NCBI RefSeq assembly: GCF_004010195.1 | Contig: NC_057728.1 | Coordinates: 51,523,400-51,587,399, forward strand | Length of the DNA: 64,000 nucleotides | Direction of reading: 5' to 3' | Origin: Chiloscyllium plagiosum | Taxonomy: Eukaryota | Shown here: one piece after another, positions 1 to 12,073 of the stretch | Position numbering within the stretch: the stretch's first letter is position 1 | How the letters are laid out: every line of letters begins with the position of its first letter | Notes under the pieces: model-generated | The model's input: only the letters and a program-made list of their open reading frames with translations | What the model was told of the DNA's origin: nothing | The model's database searches: none | Translations under genes and position numbers: made by a program

Positions 1-306
1 CTTACAGTATGGAACAGGCCCTTTGGTCCAACAAGTCCACACCAACCCTCCGAAGAGCAACCCACCCAGACCCATTCCCCGACATTTACCCCTTCACCTA
101 ACACTACGGGCAATTTAGCATGGCCAATTCATCTAACCTGCACATTTTTAGACTATGGGAGGAAACCAGAGCGCCCGGAGGAAACCCACGCAGACACAGG
201 GAGGATGTACAAACTCCACACAGACAGTCGCCTGAGGCGGGAATTGAACTTTGGTCTCTGGCGCTGTGAGGCAGCAGTGCTAATCACTGTGCCACCATGC
301 CGCCCA
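1..306 (-). mobile_element. HE1-type V-SINE (tRNA-derived), 3' tail cut by the window start
   Basis: Reverse complement shows a tRNA-like head (GGTGGCACAGTGATTAGCACTGCTGCCTCACAGCGCC...GTTCAATTCC), the V-domain and a CR1-like tail; same family as other copies in the window. Confidence 0.85.
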
Positions 307-760
307 CTTAATCATTAATGAATATCCCCAGTTCTGACCTTATGATGGGGGGATGGTCATCAATGAAGCAGCTGAAGGTGGTTGGGTCTAAGACTCTATC
401 CTGAGGAACTCCTGCTGTAATGTCCTGAGCTGAGATGACGGACCTCCAACAATTACACAAACCTTTTTTATATTAAGTACGTCTGCAACCAGAGGAGACT
501 TTCCCCCCCAGTTTCCATTGATTGAAGTTTTGCAAAAGCTGTTTGGTGACACCAAAAAAGAAATTGCTGAAGAAACTCAATAGCATCTGTGGAGAGAAAG
601 TAAAGTTAATGTTTCAAGTCCAGTGATCCCTTTTCAGAATGTCCTTAATGACACACTTAGTTAAATGTGGCCTTGCTGCCATGTTCAGACTATAGCTGTA
701 TTCGGGTCATGAGCTCAATGGTCCTGGCACTTGCCAAATTAAAAGTCAGTGAGTAGGTCA
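307..760 (-). mobile_element. Decayed CR1-clade LINE fragment with a nested PLE remnant (about 555-640)
   Basis: Antisense similarity to the RT region at about 31130-31215 (CAGGAGTTCCTCAGGATAGAGTCTTAGACCCAACC). Confidence 0.55.
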
Positions 761-789
761 TTTCAGCGGGATGTTACTCATGCCCCCCA

Positions 790-1446
790 ACACACTAACA
801 GGACAGAGGTGGAACGAGTGGAGAGTGTCTAGCTCCTGGGAGTGGTCATCCACAACAAGCTTTCTTGAACTCTTCATGTGGATGCACTGGTTACAAAGAC
901 CCAACAACATCTCTTCTTCAGGCAGCTGAGGAAATTTGGCATGACAGCGAATACCCTTGCCAACTTTTATAGGTGTGCCATTCTGTCTGGATGTATCACT
1001 ACTGGTATGGTAACTGTACCATTCAAGATCGGAGATGGTTACAGAGAGTGGCGAACTCAGCCCTGACAATCACAAAGGCCAACTTCCCATCTATAGAATC
1101 CAGCTATCAGGCCCGCTGTCAAGGAAAGGCTGCCAGTATTTTCAGAGATCCATTCCACCCTGGCAATATACAACCTCTACCATCGGGGTGAAGGTACAGA
1201 AGCCTGAACACAAGCACCACCCGGTTTTGTAACAGTTTCTACCCTCCTGTTGTTAGAATACTGAAAGGACTCACAAACTCTTATCATTCACCCGTACTTG
1301 TGTTTTTGTTTTTGCTGCTGTTTACCTATTATTTAATTATCTATGCTACTTAACTGTGTGATCTGCCTGTATTGCTCACAAGACAAAGCTTTTCACTGTG
1401 CCTCGGTACACGTGACATTAAATTCAATTCAATTCAATTCAATTCA
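790..1446 (+). mobile_element. Rex1/Babar-clade LINE 3' fragment (RT C-terminus, 3' UTR, (TTCAA)n tail)
   Basis: Frameshifted ORFs KTQQHLFF.RQLRKFG...FYRC..LSGCIT.WYGNCT.QDRR.LQRV...PLPSG resemble the Rex1 RT C-terminus; ends in an ATTCA microsatellite. Confidence 0.75.
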
Positions 1447-1454
1447 GTTGTTGT

Positions 1455-1772
1455 AACAGTGCTGCCTTCCAGTGCCAGGGACCCGGGTTCGACTCCAGCC
1501 TTGGATGACTGTCTGTGTGGAGTTTGTACATTCTTCCCGTGTCTGCTTGGGTTTTCTCCGGGTGCTCCGATTTCCTCCCATAATCCAAAGATGTGCAGGT
1601 TAGGTGTATTGGCTATGCTAAATTGCCCATAGTGTCCAGGGATGTGTTAGTTAGGGGTAAATGTAGAGTAATGGGGTAGGAGAATGGGTTTGGGTGGAAT
1701 ACTCTTCAGAGGGTCGGTGTGAACTTGTTGGGCCGAAGGTCCTGTTTCCGTGCTGTTGGGATGCTATGATTT
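1455..1772 (+). mobile_element. HE1-type V-SINE, 5'-truncated
   Basis: B box GGTTCGACTCC, V-domain and CR1-like tail. Confidence 0.85.
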
Positions 1773-2069
1773 ATTGCTTAATTCCACTGTGCGTCACTTC
1801 CTCATTCACTTTGCTGATGATTATTGGCTGAATAGGATTTGTTCTAAATTTTGGTCAGTTTTCCAGATTGTTGAGTTGATAGGAGTGTTGTAGCTGAAAC
1901 TTCAATTAATTTCCAAGAAACCTCTCTGTAAACCCATCTCAATCCAGAAAATTCCCAATCAGTTCTCTATCTTCCAGTTTTCTACATTACCCTTAAAAAA
2001 AAATGTATTCCCAGCAATTCATTTGTTCATATAAATATTTATTCAAGAATTAGATATGTTGTGAATCCT

Positions 2070-2860
2070 TTGAGTTATCTGAAACTGTGGATGCTCAGTC
2101 ATTGAGTATACTGAGTAATATCTGGAATACCCGAAATTCCTGAGGTTCCCTTATGAGGAAAGGTTGGACAGATTAGGTTTATGTCCGCTAGGTGAGCAAC
2201 AAATAACTTCTTTTAAAGATTTATAAGCTCCTGAGGGTCTTAACAGCCTGCATGAGGATAGAATGCATCTTTTTGGAGAACCTAGAATGAGGGGTCACTA
2301 TTGATAAGAAGAGGTCACCTATTTAATTAGATTAGATTACTTACAGTGTGGAAGCAGGCCGTTCAGCCCAACAAGTCCACACCAACCCTCCGATGAGCAA
2401 CCCACCTCCCTACATTTATCCCTTCACCTAACACAACGGGCAATTTAGCCTGGCCAATTCACCTAACCTGCACATTTTTTGGACTGTGGGAGGAAACCGG
2501 AGCAAACCCACGCAGACACGGGGAGATTGTGCAAACTCCACGCAGACAGTTGTCTGAGGTGGGAATTGAACCCAGGTCTCTGGTGCTGTGAGGCAGCAGT
2601 GCTAAGCACTGTGCCACCGTGCCACCCACTAAGTCTGAAATGAGGAGAAGTTGTTTTTCTTACAGAGTGTTGTGAGATTTTGGAACTCTCTTCTGCAAAA
2701 GACAATGGAAGCAGTGGCTTTGAATCTTTTTAAGGCAGAGTTGGTCAGATTCTTGATAAAGTGAGGGAGTAATCAAATCACCCAAGATCAGATTGAATGG
2801 TGGAGCAGGCTGAAGCAGATGTGTGCCCTCTCCTGCTCCTTATTTATATGTTCATCAATT
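2070..2860 (+). mobile_element. Old CR1 3' fragment interrupted by an HE1 SINE
   Basis: CR1 3' motifs (TATGAGGAAAGGTTGGACAG; TTTTTTCTTACAGAGTGTTGTGAG) on both sides of the SINE. Confidence 0.6.
2326..2628 (-). mobile_element. HE1-type V-SINE
   Basis: Complete head to (TAATC)n tail on the minus strand. Confidence 0.9.
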
Positions 2861-3736
2861 TAGTTTCAATGTCAATAGAGTTTAAAAGATTTAAGGGATA
2901 TAGGTCGAGCTGGTGAAGCTGGGGTAGAAGACAAACTACAATCAGTTGAAATAACTGTCTGAATGGTCTACTTCAGCTTTACGCTGCTTTAAGAGAGTGT
3001 TGTGAGAAACCTGGATTTCTGTGTGTCAGCTTCCCTTTCCATTTGATGGATTGTTCCATCACCAATAATCTAATAATAGTTGGAATCAGATAGAATATGA
3101 TTTCCATTTTTCTGAGCAAGTCTATCATGGAGAGGGGGCAATAGACAGTGTGGAGTGATTGTAAAATTGACTGCACTTACACCTTTGTCCTTCGGCACTG
3201 ATTTGACAGAAGTGTGTTATAAAACAGAATTAAACATCAAATATTACAAACAGATCTTAACCCTGACTGGAAGTCAGCTCAATTACTCAGTTTGTGATGG
3301 CTTGGTAAGAGTGCATGGAATATGAATTTCAAGATTTGCACTGTACAATTTGGAACTCAACTTAATCTTTAGAAAAATAAAATCATTTATTAAATTTTCC
3401 GCAAAATAAACTCCAGATTTGCAAGTAGTATTTGCATTATGTCAAAATGGACCATAAGTCAATAAAAAAATTTACTTTGTGAATTTAAGTTCTGAGTTTA
3501 AAACACAGAAGCTGATTTAGTTTAGACAGACAAGACCTGAATTCAGTTTGCAACTTCAGATAACCTACCACACATTTCTCATCGCCACAATTTCGCCAGC
3601 AGCTAAAAAATACTTTTCCAAAACCCTCTACCTTAGTACAGTTTAATTCTGTCTGTCATTATTTTTTTTTAATGTTTTTATTTTATTCATTCAGAGGATG
3701 TGGGCATTGTTGGCTGGACCAGCAATTATTCTGAAC

Positions 3737-3971
3737 TGTAGTGACTGTAATCAGGTCAGCCAGGTAGACTTCATAGAACATGGGTTCCCTGATTGGGGCT
3801 GTTAACCTGGTCCAATCAGAGCGCCCTGGCTGATAGATATAAATAGGAGGGTCAGAGGTTCTGTTCACTCTGACAACTGGCTCTGAGGAAGCTGGATCAG
3901 TGTCAAGCACTATACATGTGTAAATAAAGGGTGACTTGGAGATGGGAGACAGCCTCTGTGGAGTTATTTCA
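3737..3971 (+). mobile_element. Solo LTR (235 bp)
   Basis: TG...CA termini, CCAAT motifs, TATAAATA, AATAAA, flanking TGAAC/TGGAC near-TSD; second copy at 62912-63137. Confidence 0.75.
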
Positions 3972-4548
3972 TGGACACCAGGTTTGTCTCTGTTAACTTG
4001 TACAGTTCAGGATATATTTTATTTCCTGCATGAAGGGAGATGGCAATTCATTGAGCTAGTAATGCTCTGGGAATGTGGGTTCAAATCCCGCTACGAATTT
4101 AAATTCAATTAATAAATGAATCTGGAGTTAAAAGTTCATCCCACTAATGGTGACTCGCAGCAGTGGGAGTGATGAGAGCAAGGACCAGAGGGCTGCTGGG
4201 AAGGTAAATTCCCCATTTAAACACTTACCTTGTGGAACCAGCAGCTTCCATTTTGCAGCAGCAATGGGAGCAGTGAGAGTGAGGACCAGGAGGCTGCTGG
4301 GAAGGTAAATTTTCCTTTAAAGACTTATATTGTGAATAGGCAGAGCAAAAGCTCAACAGGAGTGGATGCAGACAAGAGAATTGCTAAACACATGAACTGA
4401 TATATTCAGGCTGTGGCCAAACCGAAGACCCTACACGTCTAGTGTCTCCCACCTCTCTAACCAAACGTGTGTGGAGGCTTGGTAAGATAAGGCTTTTTTT
4501 GTTTTTTCTTTCATTTATTTAAACTATCTTGGTAATTTAGAGCAGAGG

Positions 4549-5500
4549 GTGGAGGCTAGTGCAGTTGAATGCTCCTCTTGCAGGATGTGGGAGGTAAGGG
4601 TCACCACTGGTGTCCCTGCTGACTTCATCTGCAAGAAGTGCACCCAACTCCAGCTCCTCCCAGACCACGTTAGGGAACTGGAGCTGGAACTGAATGAACT
4701 TTGAATCATTTGGGTGGCAGAGGGGGTGATAGAGAGGCGTTAGAGGGAGGTAGTCACACCTAAGTTACACAACAAAGGTAGCAGAGTGACCGTCAGGAAA
4801 GGGAAAGGGAATAGGCAGACAATGTAGGGAGCCCTTGTGGCCATTCCTCTCAATAATAAATATACCGTTTTGGATACTATTGGGGGGATGAGGTTTACAG
4901 GGGAAAGTCACAGTGGCCAGGTTTCTGGCACTGAGCCTGGCTCTATGGCTCAGAAGGGAAGGGGGGAGAATAGGTGAGTGATAGTTATAGGAGATTCAAT
5001 CATGAGAGGAACAGACAGGACATTCTGTGGTCACGAGTGAGACTCCTGGATGGTTTGTTGCCTCCCGGGTGCCAGGGTCAGGGATGTCTTGGATCGAATC
5101 TGCAGGATTCTTAAGTGGGAGGGAGAATAGCCACATGTTGTGGTACGTATTGTTACCAATGACATAGGTAGGGAAAGGAAGGGGGACCTGAAAAGAGAAT
5201 ATAGGGAATTAGTTTGGAAGCTAGAAGGCAGGATGAGCAGAGTAGTAATCTCAGGATTTCTACCGGTGCCACGTGATAGTGAAGTTAGGAATTGAGAGCG
5301 AGTGCAGATGAACACGTGGTTGCAGAGCTGGTGTAGGACGGAGGGCTTCAGATACATGGATCATTGGGATACCTTCTGAGGAAGATGGGATTTGTACAAG
5401 AAAGATGGGTTGCACCTGACCTGGAGGGGCACCAATATCCTGGGTGGGAGGTTTGCCAGAACTCTTCAGGAGGGTTTAAACTAAATTGGCAAGGAGGTGG
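4549..5500 (+). pseudogene. CR1 ORF1 remnant: CxxC-CxxC zinc finger/leucine zipper plus SGNH esterase domain
   Basis: Manual translation gives ECSSCRMWEV...FICKKCTQLQLL...ELELELNEL*, VIVIGDSIMRGTD and DGLHL; in-frame stops are present. Confidence 0.8.
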
Positions 5501-5609
5501 GAACCTGAGCTACAGATCATATGATGGAGGAGCTAGTGAACACCTACATACAATGTGCAGAGAGTCCATAAAGAGGGATAGGCACTCAATAGGGCAAAGG
5601 TGCAGTTAG

Positions 5610-8320
5610 TGTGATGTGTTGATGTGTGTCTATTTTAATGCAAGAAGTATCAGGAATAAGGGTGAGGAACTTAGAGCATGGATTAGTACTCAGATCTATG
5701 ATGTTATGGCCATTATGGAGACTTGGATATCACAGAGGCAGGAATAGATGTTCCAGAGTTTAGATGTTTCAAAAGGAATACGGGGGAAGGTAAAAAAGGT
5801 GGAGCTGTGGCATTGCTAATCAGGGATAGCATCACAGCTGCAGAAGCGGAGATCGCCAAGGACCGTTTGGCCACAGTCAGTATGAGGGGAAGTCAGAAAC
5901 AAGAAAGGAGCAGTCACTTTATTGGGAGTTTTCTACAGGCCCCTTAATAGCAATAGAGACATGGAGGAGCAGATTGGGAGGCAGATTTTGGAAATGTGTA
6001 GAAGTAACAGGGTTGTTGTCATGGGTGACTTTAACTTCTCTAATATTGATTGGAACCTATTTAGTTCAAATGGTTTGGATGGAGCAGTTTTTGTCTGTTG
6101 TGTCCAGGAAGGGTTTCTGATGCAATATGGAAATGGGCCAATTTGAGGTGAGACCATATTGGATTTGGTGCCTGGCAAAGAACCAGGCCAGGTGTCAGAC
6201 CTCTCACTGTGAGAGCATTTTGATGATAGCGATCACAACTCCATGACCTTTGCTATCGTCATGGAGAGGGATAGGAACACACGGTGTGGGGAATTATTTG
6301 ATTGGGCATGGGGGAATTACAATGCTATTAGGCAGGAACTGAGGTGCCTAAATTGGAAACAGATGTTCTCAGGGAAATGTACAACAGGAACGTGGAGGTT
6401 GTTTAGGAAGCACTTGCTGGTAGTGCTGGACAGGTTTGTCTCACTGAGGCAAGGAAGGGATGGTAAGTTGAAAGAACCTTGGGTGACAAGGGATGTGGAA
6501 CATCTAGTCAAGAGGAAGAAGGAAGCTTACTTAAGGTTGAGGAGGCAAGGATCAGACAGGGCTTTAGGGGGTTACAAGGTAACCTGGAAGGAACTGAAGA
6601 ATGGATGGAGGAGAGCTAGAAGGGGGTATGAAAAAGCCTTGGTGGATAGGGTTAAGGAAAATCCCAAGGCGTTCCACACGTATATGAGGAACAAGAGGGT
6701 GGCCAGAGTGAGGGCAGCGCTGATCAAGGATAGTGCGCCTGGAGTTGGAGGAGGTAGGGGAGGTCCTTAATGAATACTTCATTTGGAGGACAGCGTGAAA
6801 CAGATTGATATGCTAGAATAGGTTGATGTTAAGAAGGAGGATGTGCTGAAAATCTCGAAAAACATAAGGATAGATAAGTCCCCTGGGCCAGAGAGGATAT
6901 ACCCAAGGTTACTACAGGAAGCAAGGGACGAGATTGCTGCACCTTTGGCAATGATCTTTGCATCCTCATTGTCCACTGGAGTAGTACCAGATGATTGGAG
7001 GGTGAAAAATGCTATTCTCTTGTTCAAGGAAGGGAATAAGGATAATCCTGGAAATTATAGACCAATGAGTCTTATGTCGGTAGTGGGCAAATTATTAGAG
7101 AGGATTCTGAGAGATAGGATTTATGATTACTTGGAAAACCATTGTTTGATTAGAGATACTCAGCATGGCTTTGTGAGGGGCATATCATGCCTCACAAACC
7201 TTCTTGAATTATTTGACAAGGTGACAAAACACGTTGATGAAGGGAGAGCAGTGGATGTGGCGTACATGGATTTTAGCAAGGCGTTTGATAAGGTTCCCCA
7301 TGGTACACTCATTCAGAAAGTAAGGAAACATGGGATACAGGGAAACCTGTCAGCCTAGATACAGAATTGGCTGGCCCATAGAGGATAGAGGGTGGTGGTA
7401 GATGGAAAGTATTCAGTCTGGAGCTAGGTGAACAGTGGTGTTCCGCAGGGATCGGTTCTAGGACCTCTACTCTTTGTGATTTTATAAATGGCTTGGATGA
7501 GGAAGTGGAAAGGTAGGTTAATAAGTTTGCTGATGACACAAAGGTTGGTGGAGTTGTGGATAGTGTAGAGGGCTGTTGTAGATTGCAGTGGGACATTGAC
7601 AGGATGCAGAACTGGGCTGATTAGTGGTAGATGGAGTTCAACCTGGAAAAGTGTGAAGTCATTCACTTTGGAAGGTCAAATCTGAATGCAGAATACAGGG
7701 TTAAAGGCAGGATTCTTGGCAGTGTGGAGGAACAAAGAAATCTTGGGGTCCATGTCCATAGATCCCTCAAAGTTGCCACCCAGTTTGATAGGGTTGTTAA
7801 GAAGGTGGTATGGTGTGTTGGCTTTCATTAGCCAGAGGATTGAGTTTAAGAGCTATGAGGTTATGCTGCAGCTCTATAGTGCCCTGGTTAGACCACACTT
7901 GGAATATTGTTTTCAGTTCTGTTTGCCTCCTTATGGGAAGGATGTGGAAGCTTTAGAGAAGGTGTAGAGGAGATTTACCAGGATGTTGCCTGGACTGGAG
8001 GACATGTCTTATGAAGAAAGGTTAAGGGAAGTAGGGCTTTTCTCATTGGAGCGAAGAAAGATGAGAAGTGTACAAGATGTTGAGAATGGATAGAATGGAT
8101 AGCCAAAGACTTTTTCCCAGGGTGGAAATGTCTATCACAAGGGGGCACAATTTTAAGGTGATTGGAGGAAGGTTTAGGGAAGATGTCAGAGGTAGGTTCT
8201 TTACACAGAGAGTGGTGGGTGTGTGGAATGCACTGCCAGCAGTGGTAGTGGAGTCACATGCATTAGGGACATTTCAGTGATTCTTGGATAGGCACATGGA
8301 GGATAATACAATGAAGGGTA
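5610..8320 (+). pseudogene. CR1 ORF2 remnant (apurinic endonuclease plus reverse transcriptase)
   Basis: ORF fragments GVFYRP...VVMGDFNF, KSPGPE.IYPRLL...NYRPMSL...QHGF...YMDFSKAFDKVPH; KFADDTK near 7523; several stops and frameshifts. Confidence 0.92.
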
Positions 8321-8410
8321 TGTAGGCTAGTCTGATCTTAGAGTAGGATAAAAGGTCAGCACAGCATTGAGGGCTGAAGGGTCTGTACTGTGCTGTATTG
8401 TTCCATGAGT

Positions 8411-8870
8411 ATGTAAGTTAGCTCGCTGAGCTAGAAGGTTTGTTTTCAGATGTTTTGTCACCATACTCGGTAACGTCATCAGTGAGAGTCTCTGGTGAAG
8501 CGCTGGTGGTATGTCTAACCTCTCTATTTATAGGTCTTGGTTTCTTAAGGAGGGTGATGTCATTTCTAGTTCTTTTTTTTTTCAAGGGAAAGTAGATAGG
8601 GTCTAAATTGATGTGTTTTTTGATGGAGTTCTGGTTAGAATGCCATGCCTCTAAGAATTCTCATGTATGTCTTTCTTTTGCCTGTCCTGGGATGTGTCTT
8701 TTATCCCCAGTCAAAGTGATGTCCTTCTTTGTCTGTATGTATAGAAACTAGTGACAGTGGGTCGTGTCTTTTGGTGGGCAGTTGGTGGTCATGTATCCGG
8801 CTGGCAAGTTTCCTGCCTGTTTGTCCAATGTAGAGTTTTTTACAGTTCTTGCATGGTTTCTTATGTAACC
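8411..8870 (-). mobile_element. Penelope-like element 3' fragment with GIY-YIG endonuclease remnant (hammerhead family D)
   Basis: ORF 8701-8895(-) PCKNCKKLYIGQTGRKLASRIHDH; downstream degenerate hammerhead CTGATGACGTTACC...GGTGACAAAACATC; homologous to 49185-49502. Confidence 0.85.
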
Positions 8871-9749
8871 TTTGTTGTTTGTTGCAAAAACACATTCAAT
8901 TCACTCATACTCCTCAGGGAAGCAAATTTGCCCTCCTTTCCTCAGTCTGGCCCACACACTTCAGACCCACAACAATGTGGTTGACTCTGAACTGCCCTCT
9001 GAAACGGCTGAGCACATCACTCAACTCAACGGTGTAAACACAAAGTACAGTACTGTTGCTGATGGAAATCTGCAAAACGCACTGAAGAAGAGGGGAGCAG
9101 CTGTCGTGAGACAAACTGCCAAGATTCTGCAGAGTTTCTCCAGCATTTTCTGTTTGTATTTCAGACCAAAATCAATCAGGAAAGAACAACAAATACTGGC
9201 CTTGTCAGCGATACCCACAAAGCAACAGCCATAAAAGAAAATTAAACATGTCAAAAGATGAGTTTGTTTGAGATGTGTTGATGCATATGTTTTGATCTTA
9301 TTTCTGTCAAGTGTTTGCTTTCTTCCTTGTTTTCACCCCTAGCTGTGTATCATTTACTCTGTGAGGCTCAGATCAGTACTAAAGTTTGACTACACCAGTC
9401 CAGGCTCTCAGTGCCAAATATTCCAAACAAAAAGATTCTGAGATGAAAGCACAATCCTCCTGGAAATCTGACATAACATGGAAACACAGACAGGAGAGTG
9501 TGGCTCTTGGAGTCCGTATGAACTCCAGATCAATCATATCAGGTCAAAGGTGTGTAAAGAACTCCTCTGCTGATATTAATGTACCATCCCCTGACCCCAT
9601 CCAACTCCCCTGATCCCACCCCCAGCTGATGAATTAGTTCCTCTCTGCATTGAGCACAATGGCAGGATGCACTGAGGAAAGCAAGGGCTTAGACTATACT
9701 CTGGTTGGGAGAGTTTCAATATCCATCATGAAGAGTGGCAGCACCACGA

Positions 9750-9950
9750 TTGATTTGATTTGATTTATTATCACGTGTATTTTGTTACAAAATAAAATGA
9801 ACAGTGTTGTTTGATGTCGCCGCTCTCTGGCGCCATTTTAAAACATGGAAAAATAAACTAAAAAATGGAATATAAAGACAGAAAAGTAAAGAAATAAAGT
9901 TCAACATTACTGTCCTTCTTGTTCAGTTTCATGGCCAAGCTGGGTGAGCC
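9750..9950 (-). mobile_element. Rex1-like 3' UTR/tail fragment
   Basis: (TCAAA)n tail preceded by ACACGTGATAATAAA on the minus strand, resembling the 1405-1446 end. Confidence 0.45.
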
Positions 9951-9954
9951 CTAA

Positions 9955-10270
9955 TGGGTGTGGCTCAGTGGTTAGCACTGCTGCCTCACAGCACTGGAGA
10001 CCTGGGTTCAATTCCAGCCTTAGGCCACCTCTGTGTGCTATGTGCATGCTCTCCCTGTGTCTGTGTGAGGTTCCTCCCACAGTCCACAGATATGCAGGTT
10101 AGGTGGATTGGTCATGCTACATTGTTCCATAGTGTTCAGAGATGCGCAGGCTAGGTGGGTTAGCCATGGGAATTGCAGGGATGGGGTGGGTCTGGGTAGG
10201 ATGCTGTTCCGAGGTTTGGTGTAGACTCGATGGTCTGAATGGTTGGTTTTCACAGTGTAGGGATTCTATA
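9955..10270 (+). mobile_element. HE1-type V-SINE
   Basis: tRNA head, V-domain and CR1-like tail. Confidence 0.85.
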
Positions 10271-10469
10271 AAGAACATAGCTGTCATACTGAGCCTATGG
10301 AAGGTGAGAGTGAGTCAACAGGATCCTGTCTTATCTGTCATGAAAACATCCAGGTGCGACATATTTGATAGGGAGGTCAGTATACAATCCTTGTGTAGTT
10401 GAAGACTTGCCATTGCAGTGAGGATAGCCTCCTCAATGCCGTGTGGCACTTCCACTATGCTAAATTTAC

Positions 10470-10835
10470 GGGGAGATGATGGCCTAGTGTTGTTATCGTT
10501 GGACTGTTAATCCAGAGATCTTGGTCATGTTCTGGGGACCCAGGTTCAAATCCTGCCACGGCAGATGGTGGAACTTGAATTCAACAAAAATCTGAAATTA
10601 AGAGTCTAATGATGACCATGAATCCATTGTTGATTGTTGGAAAAAACCATCTGATTCACTAAAGTCCTTCAGGGAAGGAAACTGCCATCCTTACTCAGTC
10701 TGGCCTGCATGTGACTCTAAACCCACAACAGTGTGGTTGACTCCTAAATGCCCTTTGGGCAATTAGGGATGGACAATAAAAGTTGGCCTAGCTAGCTATG
10801 TCCTCATCCCATGAATGAAGAGAAAAGAATAAAGA
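10470..10835 (+). mobile_element. tRNA-derived SINE, second family (SINE-B)
   Basis: A box TGGCCTAGTG, B box GGTTCAAATCC; 3' tail GGGCAATTAGGGATGGACAATAAA...CATCCCATGAATGAA shared with the LINE at 29480-32070. Confidence 0.85.
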
Positions 10836-10967
10836 ATAAATGGGACACACTTTGAACAGATCCAACAGTTCATAACTACATATGCTTGAGGCCCTATGGA
10901 CTATCAGCAGCAGAATTAAATTTAACATCAATTGTAACCTTCTTGCCTGGCATATCCTTCACTTTAG

Positions 10968-11095
10968 GAGACAGTGAGGTGTGCAGATGCTGGAGATCAA
11001 AGTTGAGAGTTTCCTGATGAAAGGCTCCAGCCCAAACGTCGATTTTACTACTCCTTGGATGCTGCCTGACCTGCTGTGCTTTTCCAGCAATACAT
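10968..11095. mobile_element. Short rearranged PLE end (family A)
   Basis: Antisense terminal segment joined to a sense segment that begins at CCTGATGAAAGGCTCCAGCCCAAACGTC. Confidence 0.7.
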
Positions 11096-11191
11096 GTATC
11101 CTATTACGATCAAGCTGGGGACCAGCTCAAGTTCAGTAGAGGTCCAAGAGACGCTGCCTGGAGCAGTACTTAGACACATAAAAAATAAAAG

Positions 11192-11322
11192 CCGTTCCTG
11201 ATGAAGGGCTTTTGCCCGAAATGTCGATTTCGAAGCTCCTTGGATGCAGCCTGAACTGCTGTGCTCTTCCAGCACCACTAATCCAGAATCTGGTTTCCAG
11301 CATCTGCAGTCATTGTTTTTAC
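11192..11322 (+). mobile_element. 131-bp PLE mini-insertion (family A) with a 17-bp TSD
   Basis: Perfect TSD CACATAAAAAATAAAAG at 11175-11191 and 11323-11339; hammerhead core at 11198-11225. Confidence 0.85.
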
Positions 11323-11399
11323 CACATAAAAAATAAAAGTCAACTTGGTGAAGCTATAACACAGGACTATATCCAAGGTAAATACAAAAGCACTATACT

Positions 11400-11935
11400 A
11401 TAGGCAGAACTAAGTGATCTCATAGCCTAGAGATTAAGTCAAAGTTCTTCAGGTCAGTCATATCTGCTTGTGAATGGTGGTGGGAAATTAAATAAACAAT
11501 TGTGATGGAAATCTCCATAAATATCTGCATTGTCAATAATGAGTGAACCCAGCTCACTGAGGAACCCTGCATCACAGATGCTAGTCTTTAACCAATCCAA
11601 CATGCTTCTAATCATGTCAAGAAATGGCTGAACACATTTGCCACAACAAAGGTTACAGCCCCTGACAACATTCTGGCTGTTACACTGAAGGCTTGTGCTA
11701 CAAAATTAGCCATGCTTCCAGCCAAACTCTGCCAGTACAGCCTCAGCATTAGTATCAATCCAACCAGATGGAAAATGGCCCATGTATTTCCTACCAACAA
11801 AAACCTGGAACTCCTTCCCTCACAGCACTTCTGGTGTCGCTGCCACCACACAGACTACAAGAAGACAGCTCTCTACCAGCTTCTCAATGGCAACTGGGCA
11901 TGATCACCCAATACTAACCTTACCAGGAACACCTA
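11400..11935 (+). mobile_element. Decayed CR1-clade LINE fragments (family of 29480-32070)
   Basis: Similar to 30480-30960 (KLCQYS...WKMAHVFP) and to the 3' end of that family. Confidence 0.6.
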
Positions 11936-11944
11936 CATATGAAT

Positions 11945-12073
11945 TTCCTGAAGAAGGGCTTATGCCCGAAACGTCGATTCTCCTGCTTCTTGGATGCTGC
12001 CTGACCTGCTGCGCTTTTCCAGCAACACATTTTTCAGCTCTGAACCCCAGCATCTGAAGTCCCCACTTTCTCC
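11945..12073 (+). mobile_element. PLE mini-insertion (family A)
   Basis: Near-identical to 13570-13697; starts at the hammerhead core. Confidence 0.8.
11948..11975 (+). ncRNA. Minimal hammerhead ribozyme motif (family A)
   Basis: CTGAAGA-A-GGGC TTAT GCCC-GAAAC-GTC. Confidence 0.65.

Larger units (their letters stand above)
4157..8410 (+). mobile_element. Near-full-length decayed CR1 LINE (HER1-like)
   Basis: 5' UTR with a duplicated unit of about 55 bp, ORF1 and ORF2 remnants, 3' tail GGGCTGAAGGGTCTGTACTGTGCTGTATTGTTCCATG. Confidence 0.92.

Noticed and set aside
9955..10025. tRNA genes at SINE heads
   Set aside because: The A/B boxes belong to tRNA-derived SINE heads continuous with SINE bodies; no complete cloverleaf is supported.
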